Positions 12,836 to 26,699 of a stretch of 64,000 bases of DNA are shown piece after piece; the stretch's first letter is position 1; each line of letters begins with the position of its first letter. The translations under genes and the position numbers were made by a program. Source of the DNA: Octopus vulgaris (taxonomy: Eukaryota). The DNA lies in assembly GCA_951406725.2 (NCBI GenBank), contig OX597814.1, positions 188,418,001 to 188,482,000 on the forward strand, written 5' to 3'. The notes beneath the pieces were generated by a model. The model made no database searches. It saw nothing but the letters and a program-made list of their open reading frames with translations, and was not told the origin of the DNA.

Positions 12836-13774
12836 TGTAGCCAAGACACATATCAAACGAGTGCGGTCGCCGTGTATATCACTCAAGCAATCACTTACTC
12901 GGAACCTAAGTTTGAAATCTCTCAAAACTTCCCCTACATGTCCGCAACCATTGTATTGCATTAGATGCAATTTTTACATTGCTATATATTGGTAAAACCG
13001 CATAACTATTGGATATTCACTAGCATGAGCACTTCCGCAACGTTGTCACACACTGTACCCATTGATGGTCTATCCTTTCAACATAACTGACCACTCCATT
13101 ACCCATCTTTTGAGGTCCATTTTCACACTCTAAAAGGCATCTCACTCCGAGGAGCATTAAGTGCAATGCTTCATTTTCGTGTTCAGAACATTCATTTAAG
13201 TTTGAATGAACATTTCTCCTTCCGTTTCTAATTCCACAACCCAAATACACCATTTTTATGTTGAAAAGTTCTATAAACAAGTTTTAAAAATTTATATTTG
13301 AAATTTTTTTTCTATTATTGTTTAATTGCTTGTTTATGTATATGCGAGTCTGATCAAAAACTATCAGGACTGTTGTTATGATAACGGGCTAAAGTACGTC
13401 TGCTTGGCATAGATTGACCTTGAACTTTGTCGCGCATGCACACTGAGTTATAAAGTTCTCGTTCACTTCCGTTGTTTACTGGGACACCACCTTAAAGGGA
13501 TTTAGTCCGGTACTTATCTTTAAAGCTTGATATTATTCTATGGGAATGTTTTGCTAGGATACACAGACGGAAACACACCAACATCGGTTGTGAAGCGGTG
13601 GTAGGGGACAAGCGCAGACACAAAGGCACACACATATATTATATACATATATATATATACAATAGAATTCTTTTAGTTTCCTATGGCAGAAGGCACTTGG
13701 TGGGGATGAACTCGGAAGCATGTTGTTTGGGAAGCAAGCTTCTCCCCACGTACATTCTCCCCCACATATATTTT

Positions 13775-14176
13775 TTTTACTTGTTTCAGTCATTTGACTG
13801 CGGCCATGCTGGAGCACCGCCTTTTTTTTAATCGAGCAACTCGACCCCAGGATTTATACTTTTGTAAGCCCAGTACTTATTCTATCGGTCTCTATTGCCG
13901 AACCGCTAAGTAACGGGGACATAAACACACCAGCATCAGTTGTCAAGCAATGCTAGGGGAACAAACACAGACACACAAACACACAACACGCATATATATA
14001 TATATACATATATACGACGGGCTTCTTTCAGTTTCCGTCTACCAAATCCACTCACAAGGCGTTGGTCGGTCCGAGGCTATAGTAGAAGACACTTGCCCAA
14101 GGTGCCACGCAGTGGGACAGAACCCGGAACCATGTGCTAGTAAACAAACTACTTACCACACAGCCACTCCTGCGCC
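13775..14176 (-). mobile_element. SINE family B; an older degenerate copy lies at ~13480-13750
   Basis: Matches the family B consensus. Confidence 0.94.
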
Positions 14177-14710
14177 TATATATATATATATGGATTTACA
14201 AACAGGAGAAAAAAAACTGTGTATATTTTGTAGTCGCAATCCAATAAGAAACCGAGACATGTAACAGGGTAGAAGAATACACAAATATACATCCATGTCA
14301 TATTTGCGTGTGTATGTGTGTGTGCGCGAGCTTGTGCATGTTTGTGTGTGTAGGTCTGTGTGTTGTGAAGATATGATTGTCACAAGTGGAATATTTGCTT
14401 TTATTTATGCCATATGAAAAGGTCACTGCAAGTGTGAGCTGTCAACATTATGAACAGCATGAGTGTGTTCATGCATATGTGTGAATTTATTTGTCTGCTT
14501 TTGTGGGTGCTTCAGTGCTTTTCAGGGCTTAGCTGCATTAATGTTTTCATGAAATCTTTTTCATTTGACATACCACATCAATTTGGAAGTCAAATGGGAC
14601 AACGTCAATATCAAGAGCACATAAGTACTTCGCCATCTTTGTATTTATTGTTGTTATTATATTTCATATTTATCTTTAATAATGTGTTGTCTGTACGATT
14701 GTTTGCAATA

Positions 14711-14871
14711 GGCGTAGGAGTAGCTGTGTGGTAAGTGGCTTGCTTACGAACTACATGATTCCGGGTTCAGTCCCACTGCGTGGCACCTTCGGCAAGTGTC
14801 TTCTACTATAGCCTCGGACCGACCAAAGCCTTGTGAGTGAATTTGGTAGACAGAAACTGAAAGAAGCCCGA

Positions 14872-14915
<44 letters not shown>

Positions 14916-15140
14916 GTATGTGTGCGTATATGTTTGTGTGTCTGTGTTTGTCCCCACCCCAACACGATTGACAACCGATGGTGGTGCGTTTACGTCGCCG
15001 TTAGCTAGCAGTTCGGCAAAAGCGACCGATAGAATAAGTACTAGGCTTCCAAAGAACAAGTCCTGGGGTCAGTTTGCTCGAGTAAAGGCGCTGCTCCAGC
15101 ATGGCCACTGTCAAATGACTGAAACAAGTATAAGAGAGTA
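14711..15140 (+). mobile_element. SINE family B
   Basis: Matches the family B consensus. Confidence 0.94.
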
Positions 15141-15604
15141 GCTGTTTGTCTTAGCATGTTTTCGTTTTTACACTGTGTTTGTGTAAAAATACTGTCAGTT
15201 ACAAAGACACTAGTAAAATATGACAGACACACGTAGACTTAAAATATAAACACGTTTAAGCACATACCCTCACCTAAGCACACGTATGTACACAGGCAGG
15301 CAAGTATAACTTTGTCTATTTATATATCCCACGCATTAGTGAGTATCGTGTCAAATGCTTGACCCTTTACTAACCGCGGTCATTAACACATACCTTTTAG
15401 CTTTTACTTGTTTTACTCATTGGACTGCGACCATGATGAGGTCACACTACGAGGAGTTTAGTCGGAAAAATAGTTTAAGTCTGGTACTTATTTTTGGAGT
15501 CTCTTTTGCCGAACCGTTATGTTGCGGCGAAGTAAACAAGCCACCAACGGTTATCAAGAATTGGTGGCGACAGACACAGACACAAAGACACACACATACA
15601 TAAA

Positions 15605-15921
15605 GATTTATTTATTTATGCGTCCTTTTCAAGCCTAGCCAGGCTCATGGGCCCAGTTTCCCGGTTTCTGTGGCATATGTGTTCCCCCCAGCTGGACGGG
15701 ACGCCAGTCCATCACAGCGTTACTCAAGAAACAGGAAGAAAGAGTGAGAGAAAGTTGGGGCGAAAGAGTACAACAGGGGTCACCACCACCTCCTGCCGGA
15801 GCCTTGTGGAGCTTTAGGTGTTTTCGCTCAATACACACACACAACGCCCAGGCTTGGAATCGAAACCGCTATCCTCCAACCGTGAGTCCGCTGTCCGAAC
15901 CACTGGGCCATTGCACCTCCA
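15605..15921 (-). mobile_element. SINE family C, tail type 2, nested in an old family B copy (~15401-16125)
   Basis: Family C head and core on the minus strand; flanked by atacataaa repeats; family B halves on both sides. Confidence 0.88.
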
Positions 15922-15928
15922 TACATAA

Positions 15929-15975
<47 letters not shown>

Positions 15976-16350
15976 ACAACGGTATATACATAGTTTCCGT
16001 CTATCAAATTCGCTCACAAGACATGGTTGATCCGGGGGTATAGGAGAAGGCACCTGCCGAAGGTGCTGCGCAGTGACACTGAGCCAGAACCACGTGGTTA
16101 AAAAATCGAGCTTCTTAGCTGCACCCCGATTGATTACTTATTGATAAGTTGGGAATAGTTAATTATATCGTAGTTAGTACTCGACGGGTACTTATTTATT
16201 GGACCTCGGAAGGATAAAAGTGAAGTGGACTTCTGTTTAACTTTCTGTGAACTCAAAAAAGAAAGTGCATTAACGATATACCGCAGGTATTTTAACCGTG
16301 TTCCTATGCTCACGCCCCCTCACACTGAGAAGCACACATATATAAATACG

Positions 16351-16416
<66 letters not shown>

Positions 16417-16738
16417 ATATGATATATATATGATATATATATGATATGATATAAATTAAAGAAAAAACCACTATTATGCAACTCAAACAGTGATTGACAT
16501 AAACCAATACATAAATAACAAATAATATATATATATATTTTTAAATATATAACTTATAACTAGATCTCAAAAAGTATAAAATGAATGATAAATATATAAT
16601 ATAGTAAGTAATATAATAATATAATAATAATATAATAAATATAATATATGTTACTCTGAAATAATAATGAACAATAATTGACTCTCTCCTATTGAACAAT
16701 GTTTAAAGCAAATAATAAAAACTGTAAACACAAAATAT

Positions 16739-16797
16739 CAGGTGGTGCTATTAAGTTAGACATGGCCTGGACCAATCTTTGGTCGAAACGTATCTAA
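16739..16797 (+). ncRNA. Hammerhead-shaped motif with non-canonical 5' core strand (copy 1)
   Basis: ttaga-CATGGCCTG-gacca(atctt)tggtc-GAAA-cg-TA-tctaa; homologous copy at 63402 shows a compensatory stem change. Confidence 0.35.
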
Positions 16798-16903
16798 GTT
16801 ATCTATATACATTCACACACATACACACATATATGAAATGAAAATGAGGTCAGAGAAAGAACTTAGATGATCAACGGCATGTATTTGAATAATAACACCA
16901 ACA

Positions 16904-16940
<37 letters not shown>

Positions 16941-17434
16941 CACACACACACACATACACACACACACACATACACACACGTGCGCGTATAAAGCATGAAT
17001 GCCGATGAGGGGAGTTCTAACCTTTTCAGTGGCGGTAGAGAAAAGTTGAATTTACCTTTAGTTTATGCAACTGCAGAAATAATTATTTCTATTTTATGTA
17101 AAGGGCCTGTAATTTCGTGAACGGGGACATTAGTCGATATCATCGACCCCAGTGCAATAATTAATACTGTACTTTATCGATCATTTTTTATGATGATGAT
17201 TGCATATATATTTTAATACGTCCCCGGCGATACGAAGATAAAATACGTTTGTTAGTCATCTCCGTAATAGGAAAACAACTTTTCCTTTAATGACCGTGTG
17301 TTGACAGTATACCCAGCTTCAAGAGATTCTGGGGCACTTGTGTTTTGACATGTGTCTCGTCAGCCGGACGCAATAAGACCTTTGAGCCTAAATGAAGCCG
17401 CTGGCATTGTTTATATTTTCAGGGAACAAACTCA

Positions 17435-17656
17435 TTTACTCTCTTTACTCTTTTACTTGTTTCAGTCATTTGACTGCGGCCATGCTGGAGCACCACCTTC
17501 AGTCGAGCAAATCGACCCCAGGACTTATTCTTTGTAAGCCTAGTACTTATTCTATCGTTCTCTTTTGCCGAACCGCTAAGTTACGGGGACGTAATCACCA
17601 CCAGCATCGGTTGTCAAGCGATGTTGGGTGGGTGGGTGGGGGACAAATACAGAAAA

Positions 17657-17700
<44 letters not shown>

Positions 17701-17830
17701 CATATATATAGATACATACGACGGGCTTCTTTTAGTTTCCGTCTATCAAATCTACTCACAAGGCTTTGGTCGGCCCGAGGCTATAGTGGAAGACACTTGC
17801 CCAAGGTGCCATGCAGTGGGACTGAACCCG
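17435..17830 (-). mobile_element. SINE family B, 5'-truncated, abutting a degenerate family A piece (17835-17970)
   Basis: Sequence match to the other copies. Confidence 0.9.
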
Positions 17831-18398
17831 ACTTACCCAGTAGTTTGTTTTATCGACGCCCAACGAGATTAAAGGAAAGTTAATCTCCACGAGATTTGAA
17901 CTCAGAATGTAAAGAACATGAAGACATACAACAAGGCATATTGTCTGACTCTAACGGCTCTGCAAATCCATCACCCATTTACATAGTTACATACATAAGC
18001 ACACCCACTCGCACACATGCACAAACACACGCACCCCCCATATATATATACACACACATATACACACGCATACACATGCTTGAACCTAGCTAGGTGACTG
18101 TAAAAGAGAGCGTATTTCTGCATAAGGAATTAGCACTATTACGCCACCAAAGATCGGGTCTTTAGAATCGCTTATGGCATAATTATGACAATAACGTTAG
18201 AATTCCACTGAAAAAAAACTGTTCTTCGACGGTTTAGACATTGATTATAGAGTAAACACACTGTTAATTTTTCTATTTTAAATGCCAAGCTATGAAACTA
18301 TGAAAGAAATATTGCAAGTAGGAGGCCTCGACTGTTTGAACCGGGTGAATATATTAGCCGCTTTGTATAGGTGCCTTAGTGCTAACCATGGGCATAAT

Positions 18399-18459
<61 letters not shown>

Positions 18460-18540
18460 TTATATATACATATATATATGTGTGTGTATAAATATATATA
18501 TACATACAAATATATGTATATATATATATATGTATGTATG

Positions 18541-18593
<53 letters not shown>

Positions 18594-18750
18594 TTATTTA
18601 TATGTATATATGCATGTCTGTCTGTCTATCTACCTATCTATCTATGATTACTTATGTACGCGATTAAGTGATTATGTACGGTTAGATATGCATTACAATC
18701 CATCATAATTATATTCGCAGACATAGACGCATTACTTACACATTTATGCT

Positions 18751-18807
<57 letters not shown>

Positions 18808-19018
18808 CTGTGGGAGTGTGTGTATAAATACGTATAGATATATATATGTGAGTGTATACGTGTGTGCAAGTGTATGTATGAAGGTAGGAGTGAGTTATGT
18901 GTTTTGCTTTCGACATCTTTTTGACAGATAGGTTTCAAAGCCATTGCATTGTTCTTCTGGGAACTATTGTTATTCACAGTCTGTCTCAAATACGTATTGT
19001 CCGAACAAACACATATAC

Positions 19019-19073
<55 letters not shown>

Positions 19074-19173
19074 AATAAAAAAAAAACGAAGAGCAAACAA
19101 AAAAGAACAACAACAACGAAGGACGTGGTACACGTAAAGTATTCGCAGACGCTTAGGGAAGGATAGAAATGTG

Positions 19174-19208
19174 GTTTTACGTTTCGAGCAAGGCTCTTCT
19201 TCAGAAAC
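19174..19208 (-). ncRNA. Minimal type I hammerhead ribozyme motif with canonical core, in a (TA)n-flanked Penelope-type fragment (19070-19288)
   Basis: Minus strand reads gttt-CTGAAGA-a-gagc(ctt)gctc-GAAA-cg-TA-aaac. Stems I and II pair, stem III is reduced to palindromic ACGT, cleavage triplet is GUA. Confidence 0.7.
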
Positions 19209-19283
19209 AGGAGACAGAGGGTTGTCCAATAGGAAAGGAAGACGGAGGAAAAAAATCGCCACCGATTCACATGTGGTTACATT

Positions 19284-19330
<47 letters not shown>

Positions 19331-19354
19331 TGTCGATATATATATATATATATA

Positions 19355-19583
19355 TATTTCTTTACTACCCACAAGGGGCTAAACACAGAGGGGACAAACA
19401 AGGACAGACAAATGGATTAGGTCGATTACATCGACCCCAGTGCGTAACTAGTACTTATTTAATCGACCCCGAAAGGATGAAAGGCAAAGTCGACCTCGGC
19501 GGAATTTGAACTCGGAAAGTAACGACAGACGAAATACGGCTACGCATTTCGCCCGGCGTGCTAACGTTTCTGCCAGCTCGCCG
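19355..19583 (-). mobile_element. SINE family A
   Basis: Near-identical to the 4382 and 51323 copies. Confidence 0.95.
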
Positions 19584-19656
19584 GTAGGTGTCGATACATT
19601 CCACTAAAATTCGTCCAACGCGGCGTGTCAGCATGACTGAAATAAGTAAAAGATAA

Positions 19657-19741
<85 letters not shown>

Positions 19742-19743
<2 letters not shown>

Positions 19744-20143
19744 CGTAGGAGTGGCTGTGTGGTAAGTACCTTGGTTACAAACCACATGGTTCCGGGTTCA
19801 GTCCCACAGCGTGGCACCTTGGGTAAGCGTCTTCTACTATAGCCTCGGGCCGACCAAAGCCTTGTAAGTCGATTTGGTAGACGAAAACTGAAAGAAACCC
19901 GTCGTATATATGCATATATATATATGTATGTGTGTGTATGTTTGTGTGTTTGTCCCCCCAACATCGCTTGACAACCGATGCTGGTGTGTTTACGTCCCCG
20001 TAACCTAGCTGTTCGGCAAAGAGACCGATAGAGTAAGTACTAGGCTTACGAAGAATAAGTCCTGGGATCGATTTGCTCGACTAAAGGTGGTGCTCTAGCA
20101 TGGCCACTGTCAAATGACTGAAACAAGTAAAAGAGTAAAGAGT
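19742..20143 (+). mobile_element. SINE family B between (TA)n tracts
   Basis: Full-length match to the family consensus. Confidence 0.95.
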
Positions 20144-20167
20144 ATATATATATATATATATATATAC

Positions 20168-20234
<67 letters not shown>

Positions 20235-20302
20235 GGTATATCAAATACGATACAAGATAAAGAAAAATGATTTTCTAAAATTATCTTTCCTTCGATATGT
20301 GT

Positions 20303-20338
<36 letters not shown>

Positions 20339-20811
20339 CAAGCTCAAGCAAGACAGAAAAGAGTAAGAAATATAAGAGTAAGCTAAGACATAATTATATT
20401 AAATATCAATCGGAACATCAAAATATATTAGTCTTCATTTGAGTACTTAAATACTGAAAATGACATTTTCAGAAACAGCTTTTTCAGAAACAGATCCCAC
20501 GACCGCGAGTCCGCTGCCCTAACCACTGGGCCATTGTGCCTCCACACACACACACACACACATACATATATATATATACACACACACACATACATATACA
20601 CACACACGTCACTACTACCACAACAGGCTGCCCAACATTAATCAGTACATTTAGATGCCACTTACAACATACACTGCAATGTATATATATATATATATAT
20701 ATATATACATTGCAGTGTAAAACTCAACGAGGCTCCGGCAGTGGGTGGTGGCGATCACTGCTGTAGCAACATCTGATAGCCTGGTCAGTCATGTGATCAT
20801 GTGATCATGTG

Positions 20812-20843
<32 letters not shown>

Positions 20844-21055
20844 ATTATATAGATATAATTACAATTCAGGGTGTGGAGAAACAGCACCTACACGCTAGAA
20901 ATAGACGTCAAAAATCTCTAAAGAAAACCCACTTCAAATGACACTCCATTAGCACAAGGCTGAAAGAGGGTAGACGAGTAAAATGGATTTCAAAAAATTT
21001 TGAGGTTAATTCTAGATCGTCCGATTTCTGGTTTAGTAATACAAATTGCTTTACC

Positions 21056-21284
21056 TATTTCTTTACTACCCACAAGGGGCTAAACACAGAGGGGACAAAC
21101 AAGGACAGACAAACGGATTAAGTCGATTACATCGACCCCAGTGCGAAACTGGTACTTTATTTATCGACCCCGAAAGGATGAAAGGCAAAGTCGACCTCGG
21201 CGGAATTTGAACTCAGAACGTCACGGCAGACGAAATACCACTAAGCATTTCGTCCGGCGCGCTAACGTTTCTGCCAGCTCGCCG
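21056..21284 (-). mobile_element. SINE family A with 14-bp TSD
   Basis: TSD caaattgctttacc at 21042-21055 and 21285-21298. Confidence 0.95.
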
Positions 21285-21357
21285 CAAATTGCTTTACCGT
21301 CATCTGTAGAATATACCAGAAGTACATAAATATAAATACATATGCATACATAAGTAA

Positions 21358-21423
<66 letters not shown>

Positions 21424-21692
21424 GAAATACACACGCACATATGTATAGGCTGTTAGAAATGATGAAGTCATACTGCTTTCCTTCCTGTTTGGTAACAGAT
21501 TGAATCACGCCTTCTCAAGTTTGAGGTTAATGAACTTAGATTACTTGACTCATATTTAAACTTCGACTGGATGTATTTCCCACTGGAAATACAATAGAAG
21601 AAACCATTCTCTCTAACATCGTTCATGAGTTTATATTCTCTTCCCTTCTGTCTATCAATCCATCTGTGTGTATATATATATATATATATATG

Positions 21693-21861
<169 letters not shown>

Positions 21862-22616
21862 TTACATATACATATACTTGCAAACCTACCCACATACATT
21901 ATATGTATATAAGTATGCGTTTGTTCATATGTAGCATGCACGTATGTATGTATGTATGTATGTATGTATGTATGTATGTATGTATGTATGTATGTGTGCG
22001 TATCACTTGTCTGAGCTTGCATCTTGCGAATATTAATGCATATAAGTACGATGAAAATTGCTAACAGATACATTTGTGTAAAAAAACGTTCACTGTTACT
22101 GTGGAAAATTACACGCATGAGTGGAAATAGGAATTTAAAAACAAAATCTGTCACTAGAATGTAAGTAATAAAATCTAATTTCCTCATCTCCATTCCAGGC
22201 TACATAATTTCCCTGGACAATAAGAACATCAGCGTAAATACCCAGTTCGCTTCGAAGAATCAGACTGTTTGCACTAAATTTTTGTTCTATTTTCAACTTG
22301 CTAAATTCCCTCCCTTAAAATATGCTCTATGGGGACCTTAAAGACTTAATAATTATAAGCAGTTTTTAATACCCTTTAAATATATATATATATATTTTCA
22401 ATTTTAGACTGAAGCACTCTATGCAAAAATCTATAGATAATACTGTGGAATGCAAAGAGTTGCAGAGAAAATTTTTAAATATCGGAACCTGAACATATTC
22501 TTGACAAGTGAAAAGCTTATATTTATTAGTTGCCCTCAACATTACGGTCTTCCAATTTGTTTACTGTAGTGATAAATTGGAAAAGATTTTATTTGTAAGT
22601 GAAAAATATGAAGGGT

Positions 22617-23780
22617 AAAGACCCCTTCGGTCATGAATAACCATAAGATTGCACCTTGAAAGTTACTCTCCGAGGCACAAGTCCAGGGACAGTTCTTAAT
22701 AGAAGACCTGCAGTCGCCTATGCATATAAAGCTCCCTTTCCACTCCACTGATGTTAGCCAAAGGAAAGGCAAAGTCCGATACAGCTTGGCACCGGCGTCA
22801 TTGCAATTCATTCATACAGATGAGAGAACTGGAGCAACATGAAATAAAGTGTCTGTTTCTTCATTAGGGGCTGAACATAGAGGGGACAAACAAGGACAGA
22901 CAAACGGATTAAGTCGATTACATCGACCCCAGTACGTAACTGGTACTTAATTTATCGATCCTGAAAGAATGAAAGGCAAAGTCGACCTCGGCGCATGCAA
23001 TAAAGTGTCTTGCTCAAGAACACAAACACACAGTCTGGTTAAGGAATCGAACTCACTACCTCATCATTGTGAGCCCGACGCTCTAATCACTGAGGTGTGG
23101 AGGCGCAATGGCCCAGTGGTTAGGGCAGCGGACTCGCGGTCGTAGGATCGCGGTTTCGATTCCCAGACCGGGCGTTGTGAGTGTTTATTGAGCGAAAACA
23201 CCTAAAGCTCCACGAGGCTCCGGCAGGGATGGTGGTGATCCCTGCTGTACTCTTTCACCACAACTTTCTCTCACTCTTACTTCCTGTTTCTGTTGTACCT
23301 GTATTTCAAAGGGCCGGCCTTCTCACTCTCTGTGTCACGCTGAATATCCCCGAGAACTACGTTAAGGGCACACGTGTCTGTGGAGTGCTCAGCCACTTAC
23401 ACGTTAATTTCACGAGCAGGCTGTTCCATTGATCGGATCAACTGGAACCCTCGTCGTCGGAACCGACGGAGTGCTTCCATTCCATATACAGATGAGAGAA
23501 CTGGAGCAACATGAAATAAAGTGTCTGTTTCTTTATTAGGGGCTAAACATAGAGGGGACAAACAAGGACAGACAAATCGGATTAAGTCGATTACATCGAC
23601 CCCAGTGCGTAAATGGTACTTAATTTATCGACCCTGAAAGAATGAAAGGCAAAGTCGACCTCGGCGCATGAAATAAAGTGTCTTGCTCAAGAACACAAAC
23701 GCACAGTCTGGTTAAGGAATCAAACTCACTACCTTGTCATTGTGAGCCCGACGCTCTAATCACTGAGGTATGCGCCTTCA
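22617..23780 (-). mobile_element. SINE family D interrupted by a truncated family A copy and a family C copy; partly duplicated
   Basis: D tail at 22617-22850 and D head ending at 23780; A fragment flanked by catgaaataaagtgtct; 22814-23096 repeated at 23486-23769. Confidence 0.9.
23097..23485 (+). mobile_element. SINE family C, tail type 3
   Basis: Head gtggaggcgcaatggcccagtggttagggcagcggactcgcgg; ends in (ttcca)n. Confidence 0.93.
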
Positions 23781-23796
23781 ACTGAAATTCGAAATA

Positions 23797-24025
23797 CCTA
23801 TTTCTTTATTACCCACAAGGGGCTAAACACAGAGGGGACAAACAAGGACAGACATAGGTATTAATTCGATTACATCGACCCCAGTGCGTAACTGGTACTT
23901 AATTTATCGACCCCGAAAGGATGAAAGGCAAAGTCGACCTCGGCGGAATTTGAACTCACAACGTAACGCAGACGAAATACCGCTAAGCATTTCGCCCGGC
24001 GCGCTAACGTGTCTGCCAGCTCGCC
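23797..24025 (-). mobile_element. SINE family A
   Basis: Match to the family consensus. Confidence 0.95.
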
Positions 24026-25166
24026 GATAACACTTCTTTGTTTCACTTGTAAATGAGAGGGGTAGGTGCGGCGTGCATAATCCAAATCTCAGTGGAAAGA
24101 AAATAAACCAAGATACGCTCAGTAGTTTTTAATTAATGGTAATTATCGTTGTTTATTTAAACTAAGTGAGGAGTGAAGAACTGGATAAAGTTAGTGGGAT
24201 TAATTACAAGAGACAACAGATTTCTATCGGAAATGATTTTTGGTGAACTAGAAATCCTTTTGATGCTTCGTTTTTTTTTTCTTTGAAACATTTACAAATT
24301 TTAATACGACACCGATTATTTTTGCATAATTATATTTGAAATATCTAATCTGTCATTTAATCAGCATATATGTTGAATTTAAAAAGCGTAGAGGCTTACA
24401 CAAGCGCACACACACACACACACACACACACATTTACATATACATACATACACACACAAACACCCATACACATATATGTACGTACGAATTTGTTTGTGTA
24501 CGTATGTATTATGTGTACATGTATATCACTTGTCTCGGTCTACATTTTGCGAATATTAATGCCATATAAGTACGATGGGTTCTGATCCCAGAACCATGTG
24601 GTTCGTAAGCAAGCTACTTACCACGCAGCCACTCTAACTTAGGTAAATAAATTATATTTTTGATTAAACATAACTAGTCCAGGAATCTTTTGACACCTCC
24701 TTGTATATTTAGTACTAACAATGAAGTAGAGTGAGTTATTGCTGGAGTGCAAAACTTTATTCTTCATAGAAAAATTAAAGAAAAGAGAGAAAATTAGAAA
24801 GCAACCTTTGATAAGTATTTGTGGTATAATTTCTAACAGATAATACTGAGATTTAACTACATTTACACCGATACCAATCTTTGTCCATTTGCTGATAGCG
24901 GCCGATTAATAACACGATACTATTAATTTTCGTGTTTATCTATCTTTCGTTATCTCACACCATAATCTAGGTTATCATTTACATACGTTGCATATGTCTA
25001 CAAGTAAATGTACATACTTACGCATTCAAACAGACCAAGTTTAATTATGTATTGAACACATAGATGAATATGCGTACACACACACACACACACACATGAA
25101 TGTACGTATATATCGCATAAATATACATATGCATAGAATAAATACATACATACAGATATATATAAC

Positions 25167-25462
25167 GTGGGGTTGTGAGTTCGAATCCCGGACCAGTGCT
25201 GCGTGTTGTGTTCTTGAGCAAGACACTTTATTTCACGTTGCTCCAGTTCACTCAGTTGTAGAAATGAGTTACGACGTCACAGGTGCCAAGCTGTATCGGC
25301 CCCTTTGCCTTTCCCTTGGATAACATCGGTGGCGTGGAGAGGGGAAGCCGGTATGTATGGGCGACTGGTGGTCTTCCATAAACAACCATGCCCGGACTTG
25401 TGCCTGGGAGGGTAACTTTCTAGGTGCAATTCCATGGTCAGTCATAACCGCATGGGGTCCTC
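25167..25462 (+). mobile_element. SINE family D (slightly 5'-truncated)
   Basis: B-box gagttcgaatcc and core gttcttgagcaagacactttatttc; same tail as the 26700 copy. Confidence 0.92.
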
Positions 25463-25463
25463 T

Positions 25464-25550
<87 letters not shown>

Positions 25551-25745
25551 TTAGGGTATCTAAGAGATACCACCATGCTTGAAATAGCAGCCAAAACTTG
25601 ATTCTAAAATCATATTAAAAGTTCATACAGCACCATATAATTTTAATAATAATTATTACCTTTGAAGGGTTTTATTCCCATGCTGGCCACTTGATAAGTT
25701 CGATATTTAATAACGATCTTACCCTTATATATATATATATATATA

Positions 25746-25992
25746 TGATTGATTGTTAGCCACTACGCACATTTTTTCTCTCCTTTTTTTCTCTCCTTTT
25801 TTCACTCCTTTTTTCTTTCCTTTTTTCTCCCCTTGTTTCTCTCCTTGTTTTTTTCTGTGTCCCTTTCTGTGGAAGAGCGTAGGCTTGAAACGTAAAATAC
25901 TTTTTCTATTCCTGAGCGTTATACTAATACATCTGTTTGTATTGTACACCACCTGTCTTCGTCTTTTTTTTTTTTTTTCGTAAACTCTCCCT
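25746..25992 (+). mobile_element. Penelope-type terminal-repeat fragment with hammerhead-like motif (25863-25898)
   Basis: Homologous to 28585-28790, which follows a GIY-YIG ORF; CTGTGGA-a-gagc(gtag)gctt-GAAA-cg-TA; flanked by (TA)n. Confidence 0.75.
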
Positions 25993-26006
25993 ATATATAT
26001 ATATGT

Positions 26007-26390
26007 ATAGCAGTATCACCCGGTGTTGCTTGGGTTTGTTTCGACCCTTTAGAATTGGAATTTTTGAAAAGTAAAAATATTGCATTATGCAACTTGTTAT
26101 TCTCTTCAAGTGAACATTTTTCCAGTTGAAATACACCGAAAAATGGTGACACAGCAGTCAAAAATCGTAAAAAATAGGGATTTTCATAGAAAAAAAGCAC
26201 CTCTTTGATGTAAATAATTTTTGGTGTTAACATGATCCGGTTTGAATTTTTTCTTCTACGGAATGAAGAGCAAGCCTTCTATCATACTCTCAATTTTGGT
26301 CAACTTGCGCTGCAAGGTTTCGAAGGAGATAGTGTTAGTTGAAGGCTACCAAACCTGCCACACACAGGCACCTTTAGCTTTATATATATA
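26007..26390 (-). mobile_element. Non-autonomous Helitron, second family sharing the 3' terminus of the 50480/62388 family
   Basis: Minus-strand 3' end acaaacccaagcaacaccgggtgatactgctat versus acaaacccgagcaacgccgggcgatactgctag; 5' end tatatataaagctaaag; different interior. Confidence 0.75.
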
Positions 26391-26651
26391 TATACATACA
26401 TACACACGTTTATGCATTCGTTTTATGAACTCGTGTCTTGCAACAGATATTGTTTTATATAGGGATTTAATCTTTTGCTTCTTTCAGTCATTTGACTGTA
26501 GTCAAACTGGAGCATTGTCTTTATATTTATATTAATAAGCCTAATACTTTTTCTATCGGTCTCTTTTGCCGAACCACTAGGTTTCGGGGACGTAACCATA
26601 CCAACATCGGTTGTCAAGCGATGGTGAGGAGACAAACACAGACACATACAT

Positions 26652-26695
<44 letters not shown>

Positions 26696-26699
26696 AGAT

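Noticed and set aside
12150-13470. Possible decayed Tc1/mariner transposase and 5' end
   Set aside because: Only faint motif resemblance and no DDE/D triad readable; not supportable without a search.
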